From a virus (lineage: Duplodnaviria; Caudoviricetes): a DNA stretch of 64,000 nt. The DNA lies in IMG/VR virus record IMGVR_UViG_3300031851_000017, positions 2,054 through 66,053 of that record. One strand, written 5' to 3'. This document shows, piece after piece, positions 55,498 through 64,000 of this stretch. The position numbers and the translations under genes are program-made. The stretch's first letter is position 1. Every line of letters begins with the position of its first letter. Below the pieces are notes generated by a model. That model was given only the letters and a program-made list of their open reading frames with translations, did not search any database and was not told where the DNA came from.

Positions 55498-55701
55498 TTA
55501 CTCACTTAATTCCGCTTTGACCCAATCGAACTCATCTTCTACATTATATTTACGAAGTTTGGCTTGTATGTTATTCCAACTCGCCCCGAAGTCTAATAGT
55601 TTTTTTGTATATTCTAAAACACTTCGTTTTCGATTACCATAATCTATCCATTTTGGATAAGCAAACGATGGTTCAAATTTTAACATTTCAAACCAAGCCA
55701 T
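55498..55701 (-). CDS. Leader-family protein (MAWFEMLK)
   Basis: Starts immediately after the portal stop. Confidence 0.65.
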   Translation of the reverse strand: MAWFEMLKFEPSFAYPKWIDYGNRKRSVLEYTKKLLDFGASWNNIQAKLRKYNVEDEFDWVKAELSE

Positions 55702-57360
55702 TTAACCTACTCTCCTTTCTGTTCGCTTGTCATTGTTTTCATTACCTGCTTCTCTTGGTAAACCCTTAAATCTTTTATCGGGAGCATTAAACATACTAGG
55801 TTTGTTTCTTTTTTTAGGTGGTTCTGATTTAACCTTTTCGGGAACACCTGCCTCTGCCATTGTTGGTTTATTTCCTTCTGCCATCATTTGACCTAACTGA
55901 CTAGCATCAATATCCGTACCCGCGTAAGGGTCAAGTTCAAACTCATCTCCTTTACCCTGTTGTTTTTCTTTTTCTTCCATAGGTTTATCATAAGTAAACC
56001 TGCCTTCTGAATCCATCTTTACTTCAAATCCTAAGTTCTTTATTGCACCTGCAATATTAACTTCCATCTCTCTTAATCTTAATTTAGCAATTTCATCTTC
56101 TTCCTCTGATGGTGGAAGTTTTAGAACCCAATCTGTTATTCCAAATTCGGTTGTAATAAAAGGAAATACATAATTATTCCAAGTAGTCTGCGCCATTTCT
56201 ACTGCTCTATTAGTAACAAGTATTTGCATACCTTCGTTATTTAATCCACCGCCCGCAGAAGCGTCATTCATAAACACTTTACTTACACCATAAAAAGCAG
56301 AAATTCTATCTCGTAAATCATCTTTTACTGCTACATATTCCATTTCTTTTAGGCTATCCATGAACCTAACCCATTCAACAGAACCCTTTCCTGTTTCAGA
56401 TTCAATTCCCATTACAGGTATGAAGTGTGGGTCTTGTTCCATCTTTTCTTTAACACCACGCCAAAATGATTTCATAGATTCCATATTTCTAGTTTGAACA
56501 GCCAATAATCCCTTCGGCATTCTTGCCTTAGTATATGATGAGTTTACATAATTATCCATTGCGATTAAAGTAGTAACATTATTCCACAATGTAATTATTG
56601 GTGACATACCATATAATCGAGAAGGAGAGTATTTACTAAAATGAACAACTTCCCCTTTGATAAAATACTGTTCCTCCCCATTGACTCTATTAACATAATG
56701 AATCGGGTATAGTTCAGAGTTACACACTTCACAAGTTTCAGTTTCGTGTTCATGCACTCTGTTTCTATGACGCAAACAAACATATCCACCTTTACCTCTC
56801 TCTCCTAATTCGTTAGAATAAATGTGCATAGTAACAGGGTCGCCTCTAAAAACTTCTTTTATTCGGTGCATTCTAACTTTACAATTATTATCTAAATAAT
56901 ATTCCTTAACTGTAACTAAATACGCATCGTCCATTATATTCAAGTCATCTTCTAATTCCTTCAAAACATCTATGAACATTTGGTCTGCTTTATTTACATA
57001 TCCGCCTAAAAACTTTTTAGCATATTCTAATTGTTTAGAATCCGGCTTAATTAAATTAGTAGATTCACAATCACTACACTGTAAAACAGGATTAGAATGT
57101 TCCTTTTCACAGTCGCTACATTTCAAGGCAAACTTTTCTTCCCACTTATATCCCCTCCTAAACACCTCTTGTTTAAGTTGAGTTATACACGTTCTAACAA
57201 TAGTAGATTGCTGCACTATATGATAAATAATAGGACTTGTTAACAAATAAGAATTGTCTCTTTCTTGTATTCCTAAATTAAACACCGTTCTATCTGCGGG
57301 TTTTGGGGTAGTATTTCTAAATAAATTAGTAAATGAAAATCTTCTTTTTTCTTCTACCAT
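55702..57360 (-). CDS. Portal protein with two Zn-ribbon insertions
   Basis: VRTCITQL, DLNIMDDAY, EVVHF...LYGMSPI, PKGLL, RISAFYGVS; follows the terminase. Confidence 0.9.
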   Translation of the reverse strand: MVEEKRRFSFTNLFRNTTPKPADRTVFNLGIQERDNSYLLTSPIIYHIVQQSTIVRTCITQLKQEVFRRGYKWEEKFALKCSDCEKEHSNPVLQCSDCESTNLIKPDSKQLEYAKKFLGGYVNKADQMFIDVLKELEDDLNIMDDAYLVTVKEYYLDNNCKVRMHRIKEVFRGDPVTMHIYSNELGERGKGGYVCLRHRNRVHEHETETCEVCNSELYPIHYVNRVNGEEQYFIKGEVVHFSKYSPSRLYGMSPIITLWNNVTTLIAMDNYVNSSYTKARMPKGLLAVQTRNMESMKSFWRGVKEKMEQDPHFIPVMGIESETGKGSVEWVRFMDSLKEMEYVAVKDDLRDRISAFYGVSKVFMNDASAGGGLNNEGMQILVTNRAVEMAQTTWNNYVFPFITTEFGITDWVLKLPPSEEEDEIAKLRLREMEVNIAGAIKNLGFEVKMDSEGRFTYDKPMEEKEKQQGKGDEFELDPYAGTDIDASQLGQMMAEGNKPTMAEAGVPEKVKSEPPKKRNKPSMFNAPDKRFKGLPREAGNENNDKRTERRVG

Positions 57361-58706
57361 TAAGCAATCACCCCTTCTAATTTATCCATTTCAAACATCT
57401 TACATTTGTCATGTAACTTTACTACGGTAGTAATATCAATACCGTCTTTAGAAAAATCATAGCCAACATGGTCTTTATGATTCTCGTATTTCATTAATTG
57501 AAACAATTCAGTTTTTCTTTCATTATACCATTCTGCTTTTTTATAGGATTTTTTCATTCTTAACAACTCTAATAATATATCTGCGTTTTTTCCTTTCATT
57601 CTAAAATGTGGCCTACATTTAGTTAATAGTTCAACTACATCATCATGGGAATAAAAATTCAACCTGTTAACAGGTCTAGTATCTTGTGGAGATTTTTGGT
57701 CTAAATGTAATCTTCCGCAACCCAATGATTTGTGCATTTCCAACATAAATGCTTTTCCTCTTTCTCCGGTAGCAACAAGTCCCACTCTTGGGTTGAACTT
57801 TTTATCCATAGTAATGTAGCCATCAGAATCAATAAAGGCAGCAGTATAAGCATAAATATCTTTTTTAATATCATCACTAAACTTATAGAAAGCCCCATTG
57901 ACATTAGTAACATTACAAGATATAGCCATCTTAGAAATTATACTAGGTGTAGTTTTATTGAATAATTTTTTTGGTAATCTTTCATGTATCTGTCTTGCAG
58001 ATATACCCGATTGTTCACTAACTAATGAAACAATATTTTGTTTAATGATATCCTTTTTATCAACTGTTTTCATGTGATTTTTAATTAAACGTTTAAATTC
58101 TCTTTTAGATGAAGTCATTTCTTTTGTTAATTTAGAAAACTCTTTATTATAACCGACTAATTTTTTATCTATTTTTGCTTCCCAATATTTACACAAAACA
58201 TCTACCATATTTCTTCTTGTATCTTCATCATTAACGTATGATAACTTAATCAATTGGTCTTCCGTACAAGTCATATCTTGAACTAATGGTTTATATTTAC
58301 TTAACCAATATATATTTTCTATACTATCTTCTAAATGACTGGCATACCCGTCAATTAATCCATCAATTGATTTAGTCATGTTTGTTCTATCTGTACCTTT
58401 TAGAGTTCTACGGTATTTACGCATTTGCTTAATCATTTTTGGTATATCTGAACCTTCCACTTCGTACTTTTTTAATTTATAATCCAAATGTTTTTTAGCA
58501 TCCGTCAAAGACATATTGAACTCTTCTGCAAACCTTTTTTCTAACGTAGAATGGTCTTCTAAAGTACTGGTCTTTAGCCATTTATTTTTTTCCACTTTTA
58601 TAGTAGATAACATCGTTTCTTGTTCTGTTTTTAAAGCGTCTTTTTTTCGCTGTAAAACAGCAAGTGCTTCATATTCTTCAGGGGATAATTCTTTTTCGTC
58701 TGCCAT
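57360..58706 (-). CDS. Protein with helical N-terminus, wHTH and C-terminal LAGLIDADG endonuclease-like domain
   Basis: YAYTAAFIDSDGYI motif; GISARQIHERL HTH-like segment. Confidence 0.8.
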   Translation of the reverse strand: MADEKELSPEEYEALAVLQRKKDALKTEQETMLSTIKVEKNKWLKTSTLEDHSTLEKRFAEEFNMSLTDAKKHLDYKLKKYEVEGSDIPKMIKQMRKYRRTLKGTDRTNMTKSIDGLIDGYASHLEDSIENIYWLSKYKPLVQDMTCTEDQLIKLSYVNDEDTRRNMVDVLCKYWEAKIDKKLVGYNKEFSKLTKEMTSSKREFKRLIKNHMKTVDKKDIIKQNIVSLVSEQSGISARQIHERLPKKLFNKTTPSIISKMAISCNVTNVNGAFYKFSDDIKKDIYAYTAAFIDSDGYITMDKKFNPRVGLVATGERGKAFMLEMHKSLGCGRLHLDQKSPQDTRPVNRLNFYSHDDVVELLTKCRPHFRMKGKNADILLELLRMKKSYKKAEWYNERKTELFQLMKYENHKDHVGYDFSKDGIDITTVVKLHDKCKMFEMDKLEGVIA

Positions 58707-58719
58707 TCGCCCTATCCTC

Positions 58720-60153
58720 CTAGAAGTTCAGTCCTAGCATACCGCCTAAAGAGTTATTCGTAGGTTTAGGGCTATCGAACAACCCCATATCATCTAACAA
58801 CATAAATACATCTTGTGAATTTTGGGTGGCGGCATTGGCTAAAGCCAAACTCATTACTAAGTCATCGTGTGCGCCCACACCTTCAAACTTTCCTGAATGA
58901 GTAATAGAAAACATTGACAATTCTTCAATCAACATATTGGTTAGTTTCTTACTAGAATTATCACCATAAGGAAAGTTGATTTTTCCATTTTCTATGTTCA
59001 TTTGTAGGTTAAGAATTATTTCCTGTTTTCTTTTTCGTGTTGTGTTGAAATCTGTTACATTCAAATCTGAAATGTTTCTTAATTCTTGTGTAAATGCCTT
59101 AGCAAACGTATTTGTTTCATATAGGATTTCTTCGGGTTCAAATATTTTACCTATCAATCTAATTTTATCTATATTTTCTCTAAACTCAACATTTTTAGCC
59201 CTATCAACATGGACTATTGTTTTGTTCATATTTTCATCCACCTCTAAAACAGTAATTACATTGTAATCTCCATCGGTAGATATAGCAGGGTCAACACCAA
59301 CGTAATATTTGTACCCTTTATCTTTCCTATGCCCTAATTTCAAAACATAATCCTTATTTTTACACTTAGTTACAAACTCAGGATTGAAAAGTGCTGTGCC
59401 AGTAGAAATTGGAACACAAAGATATTCTCTTGTAAATTTTAAAGAACCAATTTCTGACTTCCTACGCATGAGAGCATCGTAGTCCCACCTCTCCGGCCAT
59501 AATGGTTCATTGAGTGCATTAAGACAGGGATATTTAGTAACATTATATGCCTCATTTTCTTCTAATTGCGAAAATATATCGGTATATGTAAATGGTGTAC
59601 CAATCATTCTCAATTTAGAAGTGTGATGTAGTGTCGGTATCATATCTCCAAAAAACCAATCAGTAACTTTCTCAATACCCACTAAACTAAACTCTTTCAA
59701 AGGGTCGTCAATGATAATTTCTTGAGGGTGAAGTCCTCTAATTTGCGAACCAACAGAACGCTCTAAAATTGCGTTACCATTTGTTAATTGAATATTACCG
59801 ATAGCCCAACCCCTACTAGGTTTGTATTGTTTTAATGCAGGTATATTGAAATATCTATCAATTTCTCTCATGTGAACTAAAGTCTGCTTTTGGTTGGAAG
59901 AAATATACAACATTTGGAAAGGCGGTTCTTGAAATATAAGATTCCATACCACCCAACTATGCATAAAAACAGATTTTCCGTGGTCTCTACTACAAATTAT
60001 AACTGTTCTATCAGTAGTATTCATAGATTCTAACCATTCTTGCATATATTCAGGATACATCATACCTAAAACATTCTTGAAAAAATAAGGAAAGGAAGTT
60101 TTAGATAATTCCATATCCATTTGTGTTACAAAGTCTAACTCATTTAATTCCAA
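58720..60153 (-). CDS. terL: Terminase large subunit
   Basis: Walker A SRDHGKS, Walker B IIIDD, IGTP, nuclease GVDPA and HDDLVMSLAL. Confidence 0.95.
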   Translation of the reverse strand: MELNELDFVTQMDMELSKTSFPYFFKNVLGMMYPEYMQEWLESMNTTDRTVIICSRDHGKSVFMHSWVVWNLIFQEPPFQMLYISSNQKQTLVHMREIDRYFNIPALKQYKPSRGWAIGNIQLTNGNAILERSVGSQIRGLHPQEIIIDDPLKEFSLVGIEKVTDWFFGDMIPTLHHTSKLRMIGTPFTYTDIFSQLEENEAYNVTKYPCLNALNEPLWPERWDYDALMRRKSEIGSLKFTREYLCVPISTGTALFNPEFVTKCKNKDYVLKLGHRKDKGYKYYVGVDPAISTDGDYNVITVLEVDENMNKTIVHVDRAKNVEFRENIDKIRLIGKIFEPEEILYETNTFAKAFTQELRNISDLNVTDFNTTRKRKQEIILNLQMNIENGKINFPYGDNSSKKLTNMLIEELSMFSITHSGKFEGVGAHDDLVMSLALANAATQNSQDVFMLLDDMGLFDSPKPTNNSLGGMLGLNF

Positions 60154-60157
60154 AAAA

Positions 60158-62950
60158 TCACCTAAAGTTAGCCTTTATGAAATAAACCCCTTCCTTTGGA
60201 ATACCATGTCTTGTGCTTATATCATCCATAGAATTAACTTCGTTCACTATTAAATTTATTTCATGTGCCGAAACGTCAACATTAAAATCACTTTTCATTA
60301 TTTCAATAGTACTATTAACTTGGTCGAAATTGTGTGTTTTAGAAGTATTATAATATACAGGCTTACCCATCATTTTTCTGATGCTATCATGTGCATCTAA
60401 TATTTTTAATTCATCTTCACTACGCAAAACTTTCATGTCCTTTAGTGCGGTTTTAAATGCAGCAATGCCTTTTTTACTTCCGACTTTTCTTCTACCTGCC
60501 GAAGATGAAGTTATACTAGCATCATGTCTTAAAATTAAATTAATAATTTGTTTAAACGGATAGTTAATATTAGAATTAAATTCTTCGTCCCAATCTTTAG
60601 GTGTCTTTCCACTCTTAGAATTAGGATAATAACCGTTTGGATTAACACCAAGTTCTTTATTTGTTTTAAACCAATCATCTATCAAATTATTATTTTCCAA
60701 AGTTTCATATAAAAAAGCACCAAGTTCTGTATTTATTTCATCAACAATAACAGTTTCACCTTGAACTAGTAAAATTTCCTTTATTGCAGAACTTATCGTT
60801 TTAAATTCCGCTTTTAGTTTTTCAATATCAGCGTTTTTTAATGGGGAATTAATTAAATTAATAAACTCAGTTAATTCCTTTATGTCTTCCGAAGAAATCA
60901 TAGCATATCCTAACTCTCTTTCTATATTTAATAACCGAATAAAGGAATTGTTTTTACTTGAACCGCTTGCTAAAGATTTAAAAGTTTTCATAGAGTTCTC
61001 GTTCATAGTAAAGGCAATTTCATCATCGAAAGGAACATATTGATGATAGACAGGCACAACGAAAAAGTCAATTATTGCAGTTAATAATTCATCTAATTCT
61101 TTTTCTGCTTCAATTAATTCTGAACGATATTCTTTGGCATTTAATGTACCTAAATTATTTAATCGTTTTTTACCCTTGATGCCTTTAATGTCCTTAGCCC
61201 CCATATCTAATGAAGATTCTTTACCATAGTTAGTGGCGGTAGGAGAAACACTTTCATCATATATTTTAGAAAAGGTGTTTAAAAACTTTGATATATTTTT
61301 GCTTTTTCTGTTTATGTCTTCTGAATCCAACCCATTATTAAACACATCATCTTCTTCATTATCAATAATTAAATCAGACTTTGTTGTAGAAGACAATGGT
61401 AAATAAAACTCAGTCATCGAATCAGTAACAGAAGCCAAATCTTCTAGTTCCTTAACATACTCTAATATTTTTTTATCTATGCTAATTCTAGTGTTATAAT
61501 TAGCATCAAACTTAGCGCCTTGAATCAACAATAGTTTTTTCAGTTTTTTCAGTTGATTTTCAAAAATCGGTGTATTTTTGAACGCTTCTGAATTACCTCT
61601 ATCTGTAAAAGCCCGATAATATATTGGGTCAACTGCTACAACCGTCTTAAACTTAGACAATATATCTTCAAGTTCTTTATTTTCTGTTGCTGTTATGGAA
61701 TTTTGCCCTGTCCTTTTTATTTCGTCTATTTCTGCTGTTGTTCCTGTTACTTGACCTGTGTCTTTATCATACGTTGATACTGCTTTAGCACCTTGATTCT
61801 CTGTAAGTTTACCTTCTAATGCCGCATCAGTTTCATAATCAACATCTTCTGTAAAGTTAATTATTTTTTTATCTTTAAGAAGTTCTACAAATAATTTAAT
61901 ATGAATTTTTTTATTCATATAACCTTTAAGTTGCATTTTACCAAACTTAGTTACATAATTTAAATTATTTTTAATGTTAAGTGAACCTATTTCATTTTTA
62001 AATAATTTTAATTCTTCTATAATACTATTTAATTCAGGTGTAAGAACTTCTTCTTCTTCGTCTTCTCCGCCAATCTTATCAACGGCATTGATAAAATCTA
62101 AATATTTAGTTTGAAAAACTTCGTATTCTTTATTTATTCCCGTCCAATAAGAATATATGGCCTTTCTATTTTTTAAACTTCTTAAATCTATCTTGCCCGT
62201 TATAGAAGGTGCTGAAAAGATAATAGTTTTTCCCTGTTGTTTTGAATCATAACGACTAATTAAATCTAATAGTGGTTCTAAAACTTTAACTATTCCTTTC
62301 ATATCATTCCCTCGTAACTTTTCAATATGTTGTAAAAAATTACTGCGGGTTTCGGGGTCTATACTAGCACCGCTTTTCAATTTTAATCCATTTAACGAAT
62401 GTGTTTTATCCTCGAAGACTCTTTTGAAACTTAGTGTTTCTCTAGTATTCCTATCTGAAAAGTTGTTAAGCATATCATCTATTATGTCTACATCCATCGG
62501 ACTTCTAGAAAGTAAAGAAGATACTTCCCTACGAAAGTTGGAATCTAAATCTAAATTGTCAGTATACGCTTCTCCTAAATATTGTCTTAAAGCATAATTT
62601 TCCATATCATTAATTTTTTTTGGAAAAGACGCTACTTCGTTTGGATAACCAACAAACAGATTTTTTGCCTTACCTGTTAACCAAGTTCTAAAAGCCTGTC
62701 TTTGGCTTTCCATTGAGCCTTCTCCTAGAATATCAGAAGGGTTTTCTAAAGCATAAGATTTATCCTTTGTCATAAGTCTATGTAAATACGATTCATCAGA
62801 AAAAATCATATTTAACAATTCATCTATTCTACTACCTATATCTTCCACATCTTCATTTTCGACAATATAATTTTCAAGGTCGTCTTCAAGTTTTACTATT
62901 CCTTCCTTGACATATGTTGAAAACCACTCATATTTTTTCCCCTCGTCCAT
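60158..62950 (-). CDS. Large hypothetical protein (930 aa) upstream of terminase
   Basis: Long ORF; C-terminal HTH-like segment MDDISTRHGIPKEGVYFIK. Confidence 0.75.
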   Translation of the reverse strand: MDEGKKYEWFSTYVKEGIVKLEDDLENYIVENEDVEDIGSRIDELLNMIFSDESYLHRLMTKDKSYALENPSDILGEGSMESQRQAFRTWLTGKAKNLFVGYPNEVASFPKKINDMENYALRQYLGEAYTDNLDLDSNFRREVSSLLSRSPMDVDIIDDMLNNFSDRNTRETLSFKRVFEDKTHSLNGLKLKSGASIDPETRSNFLQHIEKLRGNDMKGIVKVLEPLLDLISRYDSKQQGKTIIFSAPSITGKIDLRSLKNRKAIYSYWTGINKEYEVFQTKYLDFINAVDKIGGEDEEEEVLTPELNSIIEELKLFKNEIGSLNIKNNLNYVTKFGKMQLKGYMNKKIHIKLFVELLKDKKIINFTEDVDYETDAALEGKLTENQGAKAVSTYDKDTGQVTGTTAEIDEIKRTGQNSITATENKELEDILSKFKTVVAVDPIYYRAFTDRGNSEAFKNTPIFENQLKKLKKLLLIQGAKFDANYNTRISIDKKILEYVKELEDLASVTDSMTEFYLPLSSTTKSDLIIDNEEDDVFNNGLDSEDINRKSKNISKFLNTFSKIYDESVSPTATNYGKESSLDMGAKDIKGIKGKKRLNNLGTLNAKEYRSELIEAEKELDELLTAIIDFFVVPVYHQYVPFDDEIAFTMNENSMKTFKSLASGSSKNNSFIRLLNIERELGYAMISSEDIKELTEFINLINSPLKNADIEKLKAEFKTISSAIKEILLVQGETVIVDEINTELGAFLYETLENNNLIDDWFKTNKELGVNPNGYYPNSKSGKTPKDWDEEFNSNINYPFKQIINLILRHDASITSSSAGRRKVGSKKGIAAFKTALKDMKVLRSEDELKILDAHDSIRKMMGKPVYYNTSKTHNFDQVNSTIEIMKSDFNVDVSAHEINLIVNEVNSMDDISTRHGIPKEGVYFIKANFR

Positions 62951-62952
62951 AA

Positions 62953-63999
62953 TTATATCCCCTTACTATTTAACCACTCTAATGGTTTGAATCCTTGTGT
63001 TTTCCCTGTTTTGGTTTTTGGTTTAGAAAGAAGTTTATCATTAGAAACTGTAATCATAGAAATTTTAATTTCATCAAATATTTTCTTTTTAATACTATCG
63101 AAACGTTTCAATAATATTTTTTTAATCATTATAACATCTGCCCTATCTGTTTCATTTTCATCAATTTCTCTATTTTTATTCGTGTCTATTTCATTAAACA
63201 TTTCTCTTAATTCAAAATTGGGTGTTCCTATATTTGAATCTATATTCCTACTGAATTTTATTAATCTTTTATATTCTATTTCTAATTTATATTTCTTTTC
63301 GTTAGGTAAAGTGTCTAATGTCATCATCGGTTCTTCTTCATTGTCTATATTATCTTCGATTGCACCTGTATCTAAGTGAGTTAAATATCTAGTTTTAAAA
63401 TTGTATATTGAACTATTTTTAGTTTGAGTTTTTAAATCTCCCTTAATCCATAATTTATCATTTTTTGGTAGTTTCTTCATCGAGGGTTTTCCTACATCTT
63501 CTTCAAAAGTGGGATACTCACCTATAAATCTTTTAAATTCTCTTGAATTTAAACTTGGAGAAATCTCTTTAGTTTTCGTTTGTAGTGCTTCACGACTTCC
63601 ATCTTTTAACAACTCAAATACTGCTAATATTTTATCTCTTGTATCTTCTTCTAATGTTTCATAAAATACATCTACTTTTAGTGTTGGTAAATCCTCTAAA
63701 TCCTTAAGGATATTGTCAAATGCACTCAATAATATCTTGTCATCATCAACATCGCGGGCTGCTGCCCTAATGTCTGAAATATCATTTAACCAACTTTTCC
63801 ACCCAACTATATTCCATTCTCCGTTTCTCAATCCAACACTACATTTATTCTTAAAATGAAGAAGTAAATTGCTTAATTGTGTTCTATTAGTTTCATTAAA
63901 ACTATTCACTACTTTATCATAATCGTCTTTTCTAGTAGAGTCTTTAAGGGATTCAACAATAAAAAACATTTTTAATTTATATATCAGAGATGCTTTACT
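62953..63999 (-). CDS. Hypothetical protein, probably 5'-truncated by the window edge
   Basis: The frame stays open upstream of ATG 63969 to the end of the window. Confidence 0.7.
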   Translation of the reverse strand, partial: SKASLIYKLKMFFIVESLKDSTRKDDYDKVVNSFNETNRTQLSNLLLHFKNKCSVGLRNGEWNIVGWKSWLNDISDIRAAARDVDDDKILLSAFDNILKDLEDLPTLKVDVFYETLEEDTRDKILAVFELLKDGSREALQTKTKEISPSLNSREFKRFIGEYPTFEEDVGKPSMKKLPKNDKLWIKGDLKTQTKNSSIYNFKTRYLTHLDTGAIEDNIDNEEEPMMTLDTLPNEKKYKLEIEYKRLIKFSRNIDSNIGTPNFELREMFNEIDTNKNREIDENETDRADVIMIKKILLKRFDSIKKKIFDEIKISMITVSNDKLLSKPKTKTGKTQGFKPLEWLNSKGI

Positions 64000-64000
64000 C

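Noticed and set aside
1-64000. Stop-codon reassignment
   Set aside because: Genes tile densely under the standard code, and TAA, TGA and TAG are all used as stops.

Overview
An AT-rich fragment of a tailed archaeal virus genome (Caudoviricetes, HK97-type head, non-contractile tail). The gene content best matches the Magrovirus-type viruses of Marine Group II/Poseidoniales; this is inferred from gene content and GGTGA/GGAG Shine-Dalgarno sites, not from a database search. Bases 1-~12,500 (+) carry a replication module: RecA/Sak4-like ATPase, sliding clamp, a family-B polymerase split into two genes, Cas4-like nuclease, thioredoxin, PriS-PriL fusion primase, ERCC4 nuclease, MCM-like helicase and DEDD exonuclease. 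It ends in a hairpin/poly-T terminator. Bases ~12,500-64,000 (-) carry the virion module: terminase, LAGLIDADG protein, portal, an array of small genes, ATP-dependent ligase, prohead protease/scaffold, major capsid protein, head-tail adaptor, tail terminator, tail tube, a -1 frameshifted tail chaperone, tape measure, tail-tip proteins and a 2,796-aa fibre. Two features stand out. (1) Twelve otherwise unrelated genes between portal and prohead protease share an 8-aa N-terminal leader (MSWxD[IV][LIV]K). The leader resembles the scaffold C-terminus and sits in a repeated ~20-bp RBS/start junction, suggesting a capsid-targeting, cassette-like cargo system. (2) An Arf-like small GTPase with all five G motifs is co-transcribed with two membrane proteins, a Zn-finger protein and a Q/N/P-rich protein directly after the capsid gene, a candidate membrane-remodelling or egress system. 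All functional calls come from motifs read by eye.
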